Source of the DNA: Chloroflexota bacterium
GTDB taxonomy: Bacteria; Chloroflexota; Anaerolineae; Anaerolineales; Villigracilaceae
Assembly: GCA_013388855.1 (NCBI GenBank)
Contig: JACAEM010000004.1
Coordinates: 101,113 to 165,112, forward strand
Direction of reading: 5' to 3'
Length of the DNA stretch: 64,000 nt
Shown here: in pieces, positions 47,756 to 59,315 of the stretch
How the letters are laid out: each line of letters begins with the position of its first letter
Numbering within the stretch: position 1 is the first letter of the stretch
Notes under the pieces: model-generated
What the model saw: only the letters and a program-made list of their open reading frames with translations
Database searches by the model: none
Told to the model about the DNA's origin: nothing
Program-made: the position numbers and the translations under genes

Positions 47756-48472
47756 GTGAAATCCGACTTTCATTCATGGAGCTTCGAAACCGCCTCCGAA
47801 CTAAGCCGGAGGCTGGGTTTGACCTTTTCCAATTTATCTCTGCTGACGCGTGCGCTGACCCACCGTTCCTATGTCAATGAGAATCCCAATGTCATGGAGG
47901 ACAATGAACGCCTTGAATTTCTCGGCGATGCCGTCCTGGACTTCATCGTCGGCGCGTGGGTGTATCACCGTTTCCCTGAAATGCCCGAAGGCGAGCTTAC
48001 CAAGATCCGCTCCGCCATCGTCCGCAACGACCAGCTTGCCGAGTTCGCCCGGGAACTGGACTTAGGGAAGGCCCTGCGGTTGGGGCGCGGCGAGGCATCC
48101 TCCGGCGGCTCCGACCGGGATGGGTTGCTGGGGTCCGCCTTCGAGGCGCTGATTGGCGCCTTGTATCTGGATTCAGGTTTGGGGGCGGTGGAGGCGTTCG
48201 TGCATCCCATGCTGGATCAAGCGCAGGAATATATCCTGGAGGAGATCCAGGACCCGAAAAGCCGCTTGCAGGAGTGGGCGCAGTCGGAGAAATTGGGGAC
48301 GCCGCAATATGTGACCGTCTCGTCGAAGGGACCCGACCACGCCAAGGAGTTCGAAGTGGAGGTTCGTATTCAGGGAGTCATGTACGGCAGGGGACATGGC
48401 TCCAGCAAGCAGGTGGCCGCGCGCATCGCCGCGCAGACCGCGCTCGAAGCGCTGGGAATCACATTTAAGTAA
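47756..48472 (+). CDS. rnc: ribonuclease III
   Basis: Signature ERLEFLGDAVLD and a C-terminal dsRBD. The start is GTG, 5 nt after GGGGAGG. Confidence 0.93.
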   Translation: MKSDFHSWSFETASELSRRLGLTFSNLSLLTRALTHRSYVNENPNVMEDNERLEFLGDAVLDFIVGAWVYHRFPEMPEGELTKIRSAIVRNDQLAEFARELDLGKALRLGRGEASSGGSDRDGLLGSAFEALIGALYLDSGLGAVEAFVHPMLDQAQEYILEEIQDPKSRLQEWAQSEKLGTPQYVTVSSKGPDHAKEFEVEVRIQGVMYGRGHGSSKQVAARIAAQTALEALGITFK

Positions 48473-48497
48473 ATCATTCTGGGATCAATAAACCAAT

Positions 48498-51400
48498 ATG
48501 CCTCTTCGTCTTAAATCGCTGGAATTGCAGGGCTACAAAACATTTGCGTCGAAAACGGTCTTTGAATTTGCGAGCGGCATTACTGCCATCGTCGGACCGA
48601 ATGGCTCCGGCAAATCGAATGTCGCCGACGCTTTGCGCTGGGTGCTGGGGTAACAATCATACGCGTTGTTGCGCGGCAAAAAGACCGAGGATATGATCTT
48701 CAATGGCTCCGAACATCGCGCCCGGGCCAGTATGGCGTCGGCGCAAATCCTGTTTGACAATTCCAATGGCTGGCTTCCCGTGGATTTCACCGAAGTTACC
48801 ATGACGCGCCGCGCCTATCGCGATGGTCACAACGATTATCTGCTTAACGACCAACAGGTACGCCTGCGCGACCTGAATGAATTGCTCGCCGCCTCCGGTC
48901 TGGCGGACCGGACGTATACCATCCTTGGTCAGGGGCTGGTGGACGCCTCGCTGGCATTGAAAGCAGAAGATCGCCGCCGCCTGTTCGAGGAGGCGGCTGG
49001 AGTGGGGCTATACCGCACCCGTCGTGAAGAAGCCCTAAAGCGGCTCGAAAATACCACGCGCAATCTCGAACGCGTGCTCGACATTATGTCTGAATTGGAG
49101 CCGCGCTTGCGAAGTTTGGAGCGGCAGGCGAAGCGCGCCATCGAATATTCCCGCGCACAAGCCGATCTCAAGATCATCCTGCGTGAGTGGTATGGCTATC
49201 ACTGGCACCGCGCCCAGCGGGAATTGACCGATGCGCGTGAAGTTGTCAAAGCGCAGGAGGCTCGCGTGCAGGAGGCGCGCGAGACGCACGCGAAGGCGCA
49301 GGCGGAGTACACCGCCTTCCGTGAACGACTCAGTGGCTTGCGTGCTCAACTCAATACGTGGCATCGTCAATCCGCAGAGTTGCACAACCAGCGCGAAGAA
49401 GTCAGCCGCGAACTGGCTGTTTTGGAGGAGCGCCGCCGCTCATTGTTGGCGACCCAGTCCTCCGTGTTGTCGGACAAGGAACGCGCCTCCGATGAAGAGA
49501 AATTAGTGCGCGAACGCCTCGAGGAAGCCGAGAGAGAGGTCACGCGCTTGCAGGCGGAATATGACGAAGCGCAACGCCAGTACGCAAGCGCACAGCAAGC
49601 CATGCAGACGCGGCAGGCCGAGCGTGCCTCGCTGGAGGAAAAACTCGCCATTGCCCGCGCTCAGATCGAAAAATGGAGTGCCCAACTGGTCGAAACCCAG
49701 GCGCGCCTGGATGAATTGAAATTGCGCCTGGAATCCCTGCAAACCCGGCTGGATGCCGCAGACAAAGCCATTGAAACAGCCGAGTCTGTCTCGCGCGAAG
49801 CGGAGATGACGTATTCCCGCGCACGCGAGAAACGAGAAACCGCCGAATTGGAACTGAAGGATGCGCAAGAAAAAGAGGCAGGACGAAAGAAAGAGGTTGA
49901 GACTCTCGAATTCGAACGGCGCGCCAAAAACGAAGAACGCGCCCAACGGCTCGCCGAATATACACGTTTCAAAACACAACTTGAAGTTCTTGAACAAGCC
50001 GAACAATCGTTGACGGGCTATGCCGAGGGGGCGCGTTTCCTGCTGGATGCTATGCGCCAGTCGCGGCTCAGAGGCGCGCGGGGCGCATTGAGCGCGGCAT
50101 TGGATGTCCCTGCCGAGTTGGAGATGGCAGTCTCCGCCGCGCTGGGAGACACCCTTGATGCCATTCTGCTCGAAGCAAACGATATCGAAGAGGCCCTGCG
50201 GTTGCTCGAGTCGGATGAAGCCGGACGCGCCGTCCTGCTTCCGCTGGAGGGGAACAGCCGCCAGACTCTCTCGAAACCCGATGACGAAAATTGCATTGGT
50301 GTCGCCTCCGAACTTGTCCACGCGCCAGATGACCTGCAGAACGCCGTTCATGTCATGCTTGGGCAGACGCTTGTCGTTCGCGACCGGGATACGGCGCGGC
50401 GGTTTGTTCGGGAATTACCGACTCATGCCCGCGTGGTGACCTTGCGGGGGGAAGTCTTTCGCGGCGACGGTTTGATCATCGCCGGGAAGACCGCCTCTTC
50501 CTCCGCCCTGAGCCGCCCCCGTCAAAAGCGCGAATTGACCGGGGCCCTGTCCGCGTTGAACGCGCAGATCGAGTCGTTGAACAGCGAAGTCGATTCGCTT
50601 TCCGCGCGCATCGCCAATGCGCAACAGGAGTTGGTCCAAGCCGAGGGCGCGACGCGCGAAGCGCGCCTCCGTTTGGATGAGGCGCTGGGGTCTGAACAGC
50701 AGGCTGGATTGGAGTCTGAGGCGGCGCGTCGTCAGTTGGAATGGCAGAAGAGTCAGCGAGTCCAGTTGAAAGCGGAAGCGGATGAAGCGGTTGCATTCCG
50801 GCAAAACTTGTTCCAGACGCAGTCCGAGATCAATTCGCAATCAGCAGGCATGCAGGAGGAAGCGCGCGCCATTTCGGCGCAGTTAGCCGGGATGGATATT
50901 GCGGAAACGCAGGGACAGGCGACCTATTGGAGCACGCGAATGGCGGTGGTCGAACGTGCCTTGGGCGATGCGAATGCAAGGAAAGAGGAAAGAAGGAAGG
51001 ATACCGAGCGGTTTGATACCAGGCGTTTTGAATTGACGACGCGTTTGAGTGAAGCGGAAACATCCTTGAGCAACCTGGATGCAGACAAGGCTTCGATGCG
51101 CGAGCGCGAAAGCATTTTGCACAGACAGATCGAAGAATTGAATGTGTTCATCGAACCGGCTGAAAAAGACCTGGAGACCGCCGAACAGGAGGAGGCGCGT
51201 TTGCAGGAAACAGAAGCCAATGCCCAGCGCGCGCTGGCAACGGCGGAACGTCTGTTTGGTCAGGTCCAATTGGAGCAGCTGCGAAAGCAGGAGGCGTTGG
51301 ATAATCTCCGCCAGAAGATCATGGATGATTTTGGTCTGGTGATGTTTGAGTACGCGGCAGATGTTTCCGGTCCGGTGCCTTTGCCGTTCGAAGGGATGGT

Positions 51401-52103
51401 CGAGGAATTGCCCGTGGTGACGGAGGTTTCTCCCGATCTGGAAGCCCAATTGATACAAAACCGGACTCAAGTCCGACGGATGGGACCAATCAACCCGGAA
51501 GCAAAGCAGGAATTCGAGAGGGAATCCGAGCGGTACGCGTTCATGCGAACGCAGGTGGATGACCTGAAGAAAGCCGAAGAGGATTTGAAACACGTCATCG
51601 CTGAGTTGGACGAGTTAACCAAGCAGGAATTCTCGAAAACGTTTGATGCAGTGGACAAACAATTCCGCGCCATGTTCACGCGGTTGTTTGGCGGCGGCTC
51701 AGCCCGGCTCTCATTGACGGATCCGGACAATCTGGTGGAGACTGGCATCGAGATCGAAGCCCGCCTGCCCGGTCGCCGCGAACAGGGATTGGCGCTGCTC
51801 TCCGGCGGCGAGCGCAGTCTGACGGCTGTGGCGCTGGTGTTTGCGCTGCTCAAGGTGTCGCCCACCCCTGTCTGCGTGATGGATGAAGTGGATGCGATGC
51901 TCGATGAAGCCAATGTCGGGCGCTTCCGTGACTTGCTGCAGGAGTTGAGCAAGGATACCCAATTCATCGTCATTACGCACAACCGCAATACCGTGCAAGC
52001 CGCAGACATCATTTATGGCATCACGATGGGGCGCGATTCGGCCAGTCAGGTGATCAGTCTGCGGCTGGATCAGGTGACGGATGAAATGCTGAAGCGGGGG
52101 TAG
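48498..52103 (+). pseudogene. smc: chromosome segregation protein SMC, reading frame interrupted by an in-frame TAA at codon 52 (48651..48653)
   Basis: ATG 48498 opens [16 protein letters not shown]...[40 protein letters not shown]. The track ORF 48666..52103 is in the same frame. That ORF contains the LSGGERSL signature and the CVMDEVDAMLD Walker B motif. Identity as smc is very confident. Pseudogene status is uncertain, because a sequencing error or readthrough is possible. Confidence 0.8.
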
Positions 52104-52161
52104 GGAAGGTCTGATTGTTGGCGGTGTTTAGGGTGGATGAGAAGTTGGGAATTGTGCAATG

Positions 52162-52195
52162 AAAAATCGCCCGGCTCGTGCGAGCGGGCGATTTT
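52162..52195. terminator. bidirectional intrinsic terminator between smc and the PPIase gene
   Basis: AAAAATCGCCCG / CGGGCGATTTT form the stem, with A and T runs on either side. Confidence 0.7.
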
Positions 52196-52215
52196 GCTTC
52201 CTTATGCACTCCTTG

Positions 52216-53517
52216 TTACGGAGTGGGCGTGTTCAATTGTTGCGGTTCGGTGGGAATCCGATCCTGCCAGATGTCATAGGTCGTGATGGATGCGGACTCT
52301 TTGATCGCGGCAAGCCACTCAGTGAAGGCTGTCTCACGTTTCTGCTCGTACTGACTGTCGGTCAGGGGCAGATCCGCTTTGCCAAGCACTTGGATGATGT
52401 GATAGCCAAACTGAGAGCGAACGACCTCGCCAATTTCGCCAACCGGCTGGCTGAAAGCGGCTTCTTCGAATTCAGCGACCATCGTGCCTCTTCCGAACCA
52501 TCCCAGGTCGCCACCATTCGCGCCGGAACCAGTATCCTTTGAATATTTCCGCGCGGTGGCGGCAAAGTCGTTTCCGTTCTTCAACAGGGAGTAGACAACT
52601 CCTGCCAGAGAAGGATCTTCAACGAGGATATGTCGCGCCCAAACCTGCTCGTCGGTGCGGGGGGTATCAGCAGTGACCGCCTCGAGCAACTTTTTGCGGA
52701 TCAGTTGGAATTCGTAGATGGAGCGAAGGGTCTCTTCTTCGATACCATAGGATTTGAGATTCTCTATCGACTTGTTGAATTCGGATTGGAAGCCCTCCAG
52801 GGTGTAGGGCGTGGGAGTCGCTGTCGCCAGTTCCGGCACAAAAGTGGGGGTGGGGGGCGCGGCAGTGGCGGTCGGTGTCGATGTCATCGCGGGGTCAGGT
52901 GTGTTTGTGGGGGTGACCGTGTAAACAGGGGTCTTTGTCGGGGTGGCGGTGGATGGGTACAGGGTCAATTGTGCGGATGACATGGTCGGGAAAGTGATAT
53001 CCGTCGGGGTGATGGTGGGGGATGGGGTCCCATTCGGGAAAAATGAATAACTTTCCTGAATGGACGCCTCCACTTCCTCCGCCGAGACTGTGATTCCCAA
53101 TTTCTTTGCCTCCTGCCGGATGATGAGTTCCTCGATCATCTGATCCAAGACCTGCTGACCGATGATGGACGGAGTGCCCAGGTTCATCAGGATCTCCTGC
53201 TGTTGCTGGGAGGTATCCATGCCGAAACTTTGCTGGTAAAGGAGATAGGTCTGGTACAAGTTCAATTCGCGCACGCGTTCGAGTTTCACGCGTTGCTGCC
53301 ACTGACCGGTGGTAATTACCTCGCCGTTAACCTCGGCAACCGGCTCACGCAGTGCAAACACATTCAATTTCAGATAACCGTACACGATCAACAAGACCGC
53401 TGCCGCGATGCCGGTCACCGCGACAGCAGTAATGATTCTGGTCTGGGTCGCTTCCCGTTGCTGGCGGGCAATATGTTTTTTAGTGACAATTTTTGGGGTA
53501 TGACTTTGATTGGCCAT
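52216..53517 (-). CDS. membrane-anchored parvulin-type peptidyl-prolyl isomerase (SurA/PrsA-like)
   Basis: N-terminal TM helix, SurA-like N-domain, Pro/Thr-rich linker and parvulin motif GGDLGWFGRGTMVAEFEEAAF...FGYHIIQV. Confidence 0.85.
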   Translation of the reverse strand: MANQSHTPKIVTKKHIARQQREATQTRIITAVAVTGIAAAVLLIVYGYLKLNVFALREPVAEVNGEVITTGQWQQRVKLERVRELNLYQTYLLYQQSFGMDTSQQQQEILMNLGTPSIIGQQVLDQMIEELIIRQEAKKLGITVSAEEVEASIQESYSFFPNGTPSPTITPTDITFPTMSSAQLTLYPSTATPTKTPVYTVTPTNTPDPAMTSTPTATAAPPTPTFVPELATATPTPYTLEGFQSEFNKSIENLKSYGIEEETLRSIYEFQLIRKKLLEAVTADTPRTDEQVWARHILVEDPSLAGVVYSLLKNGNDFAATARKYSKDTGSGANGGDLGWFGRGTMVAEFEEAAFSQPVGEIGEVVRSQFGYHIIQVLGKADLPLTDSQYEQKRETAFTEWLAAIKESASITTYDIWQDRIPTEPQQLNTPTP

Positions 53518-53584
53518 TCAATTCCTCCATGACGCAAAGACGGGGTCCCGCGCCTCGCGGGACCCCGCGCTTGAGTCTGCGGAC

Positions 53585-53875
53585 TTAGCGTGATTCTTCC
53601 CAGTGCTTGCCGGTGTAGGGAAGCAGGGCGATGAAGCGGGCTTGTTTGACGGCTTCAGCCACCGCACGCTGATGTTTCGCACATGCGCCGGTCTGGCGGC
53701 GCGGGCGGATCTTGCCTTCTTCGGTGACATACTTCCTGAGCAAATCGGTTTTCTTGTAGTCGATTGTCAGGGTCTTATCAGCGCAGAATTGGCAGAATTT
53801 GGGCTTGGCAAAGAAGCGGCGTTCACCACCGCCAGACTCTTCGCCTGCCTCGTTGTTTCTTCGATCGTCAGCCAT
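53585..53875 (-). CDS. rpsR: 30S ribosomal protein S18
   Basis: [34 protein letters not shown] and ARFIALLPY are typical of S18. Confidence 0.95.
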   Translation of the reverse strand: MADDRRNNEAGEESGGGERRFFAKPKFCQFCADKTLTIDYKKTDLLRKYVTEEGKIRPRRQTGACAKHQRAVAEAVKQARFIALLPYTGKHWEESR

Positions 53876-53920
53876 TTGTTACTCCAATTTTTCTTGTGGA
53901 AGACCTTTCGGTCTGATGAT

Positions 53921-54343
53921 TTAAAATGGAAATTCATCCTCGTTGGCGGTCATCTCATTTTCGTCAGAGACGATGTCGTTCGCTTGCTGGGTATGATTGT
54001 TGTGATCGCGGCGTTCGCCGAGCATCATCATCTCGTTCGCAACGACTTCAACGCTGGTGTGTTTCACACCTTCCTTATCGTCCCAGCGGCGGGTCTGCAG
54101 ACGTCCTTCGATGTAGACCTGTTGCCCCTTGGTAAGATACTGCTTGCAGATCTCGGCCAGGTTGCCCCATGCGACCACGTTGAACCATTCCGTTTCGTTG
54201 TGGCGCTCGCCGTCCACGGTATTCCATGAGCGGCTGACCGCCACAGTAAAAGTGGTGACGGGCCTCCCGGATGGGGTGTAGCGCATTTCGGGTTCGCGTC
54301 CCATATGACCGATAATTTGTACTTTATTAAGTCCTCGGCTCAT
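53921..54343 (-). CDS. ssb: single-stranded DNA-binding protein
   Basis: Contains MSRGLNKVQIIGHMGREPEMRYTPSG, an OB fold and an acidic tail ending DEFPF. The start is ATG 54343, 6 nt after AAGGAG. Confidence 0.93.
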   Translation of the reverse strand: MSRGLNKVQIIGHMGREPEMRYTPSGRPVTTFTVAVSRSWNTVDGERHNETEWFNVVAWGNLAEICKQYLTKGQQVYIEGRLQTRRWDDKEGVKHTSVEVVANEMMMLGERRDHNNHTQQANDIVSDENEMTANEDEFPF

Positions 54344-54393
54344 ATCCATCTCCTTGATAATAAAAGGACCGAGATTCACATACGGTATGGTTC

Positions 54394-54675
54394 TTACATG
54401 GCGACCAGCATGTGGCGCAGGACAGTTTCGAGATAGCGGATGTTGCGTTCCAGACCGCTGGCGGACTTCGGATCGAGCGTGATGTTCAGGAGAACATACT
54501 GTCCGTCGCGCTGTTTGCGGATCGGGTAGGAGAGACGGCGGCGTCCCCACACATCAACCTTATCCACGCTTCCACCTGTCTCCGTGACCCAGCCCTGGAC
54601 GCGGTCGATCGCGCCTTTAAAAGCTGTTTCATCCAGATCAGGCTGGACGATGCAAACCAATTCGTATTTGCGCAT
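54394..54675 (-). CDS. rpsF: 30S ribosomal protein S6
   Basis: MRKYELVCIVQPDLDE... is typical of S6. GGAGG lies upstream of ATG 54675. Confidence 0.93.
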   Translation of the reverse strand: MRKYELVCIVQPDLDETAFKGAIDRVQGWVTETGGSVDKVDVWGRRRLSYPIRKQRDGQYVLLNITLDPKSASGLERNIRYLETVLRHMLVAM

Positions 54676-54896
54676 GAGGGTTTTCCTCCTTTCCATGGGA
54701 TTGTTCCTGTTCAAACCGTGGGTTTGCCGGGAACGGAAAGGCACGTAAGACGTACCTGCCTGCCCCGCACGTTACACAAAACACTTGAAGGAGCGTGCGA
54801 GGTTTCAAGCGGGCGCAAGTTTATCACAGTTCTCGAAATTGGGGAGGGTTATAATCCGTAAAAAAGACCTTCGAGGTCTGGAACCGAGGCGTATCC

Positions 54897-56246
54897 ATGT
54901 TTGATCTCCCCAACGATGAAATTCTACCCCTCTCAAAAGAGCATGTTTTCTACACCTGGTCGGCGCAGGCAAAAGTGAATCCCATTGCAGTGTTGCGCGC
55001 CAAAGGGGTCTATTTTTGGGATGTGAACGACAAGCGCTACCTTGACTTTAATTCCATGACCATGTGTGTCAACATCGGTCATGGCGATGAGCGTGTGATC
55101 AAAGCCATACAGGAGCAGGCGGCGGAACTCCCCTACGCTGCTCCGGGAATGACCACCCGGATCCGTGCGCTGGCAAGCAAAGCTGTGGCGGATATAACCC
55201 CGCATCAAGCCCTGACGAAGGTACTGTTCACACTTGGCGGGGCGGACGCCAATGAGAATGCCATGAAACTGGCACGCGGCTATACTGGGCGACACAAGAT
55301 CCTGACGCGCTACCGTTCTTATCATGGGGCGACCGCCGGTGCAATGGCGGCGACCGGCGACCCGCGCCGCGTCGTCTGGGAACCGAACCTGATGACCGGC
55401 ATCGTACATTTTCTCGACCCTTACCGCTACCGTTCCACCTTCCACCGCACGAACCCGGATATTTCGGAGGAGGAGTTCGCGCGCGATTACGTCAATCACC
55501 TGGAAGAGATCATCCGCTATGAGGGGCCGGAGACCATCGCGGCGATTCTAATGGAATCGGTAACCGGTACGAACGGCATCATTATCCCACCGCAAGGATA
55601 TATGCAGGGTGTGCGCGCCCTGTGCGATAAATATGGCATCGTGATGATCGCCGACGAAGTCATGAGCGGATTTGGTCGCACGGGCAAATGGTTTGCGGTC
55701 GAACATTGGGATGTGGTTCCGGATATTATGACCATGGCAAAGGGGTTAACGTCCGCATATGCGCCGCTCGGAGCGGTGGCGATGAAGCCGGAGATCGCCG
55801 CGGCGTTCAATGACACCCCCTTTGAAAGCGGACTCACGTACACTTCGCATCCTGTTTCCCTTGCGGCGGCAGTGGCAAACATCAACGTGATGAGGGAGGA
55901 TAAGCTTGTCGAGCACGCGGCAGGCATGGGCTCGGTGTTGAAACGTATGCTCACCGATTTGGGCGAGGCGCATCCATCCGTGGGGGAAGTCCGTAATATC
56001 GGTCTGTTCGGTATCATCGAACTGGTCAAGAACCGCGAGACAAAAGAACCGATGACGCCATGGAATGGATCGTCGCCCGAAATGGTCGCGATGAGGAAGT
56101 ACTGTCTGGATAACGGTTTATTCCTGTACACACACTGGCATACTGTATTGATTATCCCGCCTTTGATCATCACAGAAAAGCAGTTGAAAGATGGCTTTGA
56201 TGTATTGGATAAGGCTTTGGAAGTGACGGACAAGGCAGTGAAATGA
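54897..56246 (+). CDS. class III (omega-type) aminotransferase
   Basis: PLP-fold motifs, including DEVMSGFGRTG and the lysine region MTMAKGLTS. Confidence 0.9.
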   Translation: MFDLPNDEILPLSKEHVFYTWSAQAKVNPIAVLRAKGVYFWDVNDKRYLDFNSMTMCVNIGHGDERVIKAIQEQAAELPYAAPGMTTRIRALASKAVADITPHQALTKVLFTLGGADANENAMKLARGYTGRHKILTRYRSYHGATAGAMAATGDPRRVVWEPNLMTGIVHFLDPYRYRSTFHRTNPDISEEEFARDYVNHLEEIIRYEGPETIAAILMESVTGTNGIIIPPQGYMQGVRALCDKYGIVMIADEVMSGFGRTGKWFAVEHWDVVPDIMTMAKGLTSAYAPLGAVAMKPEIAAAFNDTPFESGLTYTSHPVSLAAAVANINVMREDKLVEHAAGMGSVLKRMLTDLGEAHPSVGEVRNIGLFGIIELVKNRETKEPMTPWNGSSPEMVAMRKYCLDNGLFLYTHWHTVLIIPPLIITEKQLKDGFDVLDKALEVTDKAVK

Positions 56247-56253
56247 TGCCAGC

Positions 56254-56285
56254 CTCCGGCGAAAACCCGGAGTCTCTCTTTATCT
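56254..56285 (+). terminator. weak candidate terminator after the aminotransferase gene
   Basis: CTCCGG cgaaaac CCGGAG forms a 6-bp stem followed by TCTCTCTTTATCTT. Confidence 0.3.
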
Positions 56286-56597
56286 TGCCTGACGGATAGG
56301 AGCCACGCATAGGTGTTGATTTACTGCTTAATTGCGAACCTTAATGTTTGTTACAGCCTGTATGGAAAATCCTCTTGATGACTATATAATATCATCCTCA
56401 ATAATGTCGTTTTCTTTTGAGCGGCTGTGATGAGTCAGATTTATTTTTTTTCAATCGATGAGCGGGGTACAGGGTGCGATTTTTCTTGTAAGGGTGCTGT
56501 AAGTAATCCATGACCTTTGTATCTTGAGGGTAGCTTTATCCTCTTTTATACTGATGTAGACAGGTGTGTTTTTGTCAGATGTTACAAAGGAGTAACG

Positions 56598-59231
56598 ATG
56601 AACAGTAACCGTTTTTTCAGTATTTGCATGGTGCTGGCGCTGGTGGTGACATCGTTTGCAGTGTCGCAACCGGTTGCTGCACAGGGATCAGCTAGGTTCA
56701 CCGCGCGTATCAATCCGGGCGCGCAGACCGCCCCCGGAGAGGTGGTGGTGGCTTTTGCCGATTCAGAGGGGAAGAATCTAGTCGAAAAGATCGAGCAGGC
56801 TGTCGAAACAGCGAACACCACTGATGGTGAGGTAGCGCGCCTGAGCCTGGATGGCAACGCCGTGATTCGCGTGGATGGCGACCCCGCCGCCGCCGCCGCC
56901 GAACTGAACGATCAGCCGGGTGTGCTGTATGCCGAACCGAACTACATTTACTCGGTCCCAAAGCAACAGGGGACAGATGACGGCTTTAGTCCATCATCTG
57001 AGTATGTCTATCAACAGGTCACGCCCTCTTCCGGCACGAACTGGAAGAGCGTCATGGCTGTTCCGAGTTCGACCATTCAAGGTATGGTCGCGTTGGGAAC
57101 CTATCCGACGGATACCTATCTCACGTCCAACCAGGGTTGGTTTGCGGTGGGCGCCGATATTGTGTGGCCCAATGCCACTAAAAGCGCCAATATTTGTGAG
57201 GTCGATACTGGCGTAGATTCCAATCATCCTGATTTGAAATCCAAGAGTGGCAAGACTACTGTATACAATATCATCAAGGGATATGACTTTGTCAACGCGG
57301 ATGCTTCACCTGATGATGACAACGGACATGGCACGCATGTCGCGGGCATCATGGTCGCGGTTAAGAACAACAAGATCGGTATCTCCGGTATTTCCACAGG
57401 CAAAGTAGTCGCGGTGAAAGCCCTGGATGCGCAAGGCGTCGGTACGAACTTCGACATTGCCGAAGCGATCAAATATTGCGCGAATCGCACCGACATCCGC
57501 GTGATCAACCTGAGCCTTGGCGGACCGGATGACTCGACCGCCATTTATAACGCGGTCATGTATGCCACAGCCACAAAAGGCAAATTAGTGGTTGCCGCGG
57601 CCGGGAATGAAAACTCCACAACCCCGGTATATCCCGCCGGTTATGCTGACGAAGTGACCTTCCCGGATTTCCCGGAAAACAGCATTCTCTCGGTGGGCGC
57701 GACGGGCATCCCCGAAGGCGAGGAAATCCGCTATGAATGCCGGTGGACTCAATCGAACTATGGGGATTGGGTGAACGTTTCCGCCCCGGGTTTGGAAATT
57801 TACTCCACCACACCCTATGATATACCGTTTTACCAGAACTATTATGGCGCCATCAACACGCGCTATGATTACATGAGCGGCACATCCATGGCGGCGGCGT
57901 TCGTTTCGGCGGCGGCGGCGCGCAGGATGGGATACAAACCATCCGAGACCAATGTTCAGGTGGGCACGGCGATCCTCGATACGGGCGATCCGCTGGATGA
58001 TACCTGCACGGTGAACGAAATGTTGCAGGCGAAGAAGGTCAACGTTGCTACTCTGATGGACCGCGCTGGGGTACGTGCAAGCGTCTTTGATGCCGCGAGC
58101 GGCGTTCCTCTTAATGGTGCCCAGGTATCTGTGACCTATCTCGACGCTGGCACTGCGGCGTCCAAAGTTTCGACGATCACCCCGAACGCTTACAAGGAAG
58201 TCCTTGGCGTCGATCTCGATCCGAACCGCCTGTTCACCTACTACTTCCCGGTAACGGACATCCTTGATATTCCCACCAAGGACAAGAACGGTAATACCAT
58301 CTTCAACTATGTCCCGAAGGTCAATAAATCAGGTTATACGACAAGCTACCAGCCTGCCTTCCAGCAGGACTCTCTGGCGACCCTCACACCGGGCACTTTT
58401 GCTGTGATCACCAATGGCGCAGTTCCGCCCAAGAGTGCTGACTTTAATGTAGTGTTGGGATGGCATAAATGGCAGCAGGCTGGCTATGAAGAAGCTGTCA
58501 ATGCGCAAGACCTGGACTTGTACGTTTGGTTACCTGACAAGAACGGAGTCCTGCCAACCCCCGGACAGCCTGATAATTTCATTGTTGGTTATGGCGGTGA
58601 CGCTTTTGGCGCTGCTGTAGGCGACCCCTATGGGACCCTGGTTGCCTTCCCCTATGCACGTCTCAAACGGGAAGGCGGTTATCTGGATGGTGGCCCGACT
58701 ATTGAAATGAGCACGATTCTGAGACGCGCAGCGAACGCTCCATACGTCCCGGCTCCCTCGCTCCCGGTAAATAACGCAGTTCCGTACTATACCGGTGCCT
58801 ATACCATCATGGTTACAGATTACGGTCAGATCATCGATCATGACGGCGATGGCTGTGGCGATAATTACGGCTATAACTATAATTCAAGCTATACGCCCGG
58901 CGCTGAATGTGCGGGTAAGACTGCCGGCATTCCGCTCCTTGGCGCCTATTTCACACCGTACATCTATGTCTGGAAGGATGGCGCCGTCAAATTCTTCATT
59001 GACGGCTCGAACAATTTCGGTCCCTTCCCGGCGAACGCAGACTGCAACGAACACTGGTGGAAAGCGTTTGAGATCAAGACTATCGAGACCGATACCGCTC
59101 CTACCTATAACACCGTATTCTCACCGGATCCCACTACTTGCGATGACGGTGCACAACCGAATTTCATCCCCTACGTCGGCTATTCCGACATTCCCGGCGA
59201 CCGCATCACGATCAGCGGACTTGGAAAATAA
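56598..59231 (+). CDS. secreted S8 subtilisin-family serine protease with ~450-aa uncharacterised C-terminal region
   Basis: A signal peptide is present (MNSNRFFSICMVLALVVTSFAVSQPVAAQG). The catalytic triad contexts are VDTGVD, HGTHVAG and GTSMAAA. AAGGAG lies upstream of ATG 56598. Confidence 0.9.
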   Translation: MNSNRFFSICMVLALVVTSFAVSQPVAAQGSARFTARINPGAQTAPGEVVVAFADSEGKNLVEKIEQAVETANTTDGEVARLSLDGNAVIRVDGDPAAAAAELNDQPGVLYAEPNYIYSVPKQQGTDDGFSPSSEYVYQQVTPSSGTNWKSVMAVPSSTIQGMVALGTYPTDTYLTSNQGWFAVGADIVWPNATKSANICEVDTGVDSNHPDLKSKSGKTTVYNIIKGYDFVNADASPDDDNGHGTHVAGIMVAVKNNKIGISGISTGKVVAVKALDAQGVGTNFDIAEAIKYCANRTDIRVINLSLGGPDDSTAIYNAVMYATATKGKLVVAAAGNENSTTPVYPAGYADEVTFPDFPENSILSVGATGIPEGEEIRYECRWTQSNYGDWVNVSAPGLEIYSTTPYDIPFYQNYYGAINTRYDYMSGTSMAAAFVSAAAARRMGYKPSETNVQVGTAILDTGDPLDDTCTVNEMLQAKKVNVATLMDRAGVRASVFDAASGVPLNGAQVSVTYLDAGTAASKVSTITPNAYKEVLGVDLDPNRLFTYYFPVTDILDIPTKDKNGNTIFNYVPKVNKSGYTTSYQPAFQQDSLATLTPGTFAVITNGAVPPKSADFNVVLGWHKWQQAGYEEAVNAQDLDLYVWLPDKNGVLPTPGQPDNFIVGYGGDAFGAAVGDPYGTLVAFPYARLKREGGYLDGGPTIEMSTILRRAANAPYVPAPSLPVNNAVPYYTGAYTIMVTDYGQIIDHDGDGCGDNYGYNYNSSYTPGAECAGKTAGIPLLGAYFTPYIYVWKDGAVKFFIDGSNNFGPFPANADCNEHWWKAFEIKTIETDTAPTYNTVFSPDPTTCDDGAQPNFIPYVGYSDIPGDRITISGLGK

Positions 59232-59315
59232 CATCTCGACAAACCGCTCCATCGGGGAGTCCGCAGGTGCCTGCGGACTCCCTTTGATTTCCGTGATGGG
59301 AGTAAAATACTCTTC

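Noticed and set aside
48651-48653. Genome-wide reassignment of TAA as the explanation for the in-frame stop in smc.
   Set aside because: TAA terminates other solid genes in the window at the expected positions, for example ftsH at 19970..19972 and rnc at 48470..48472.
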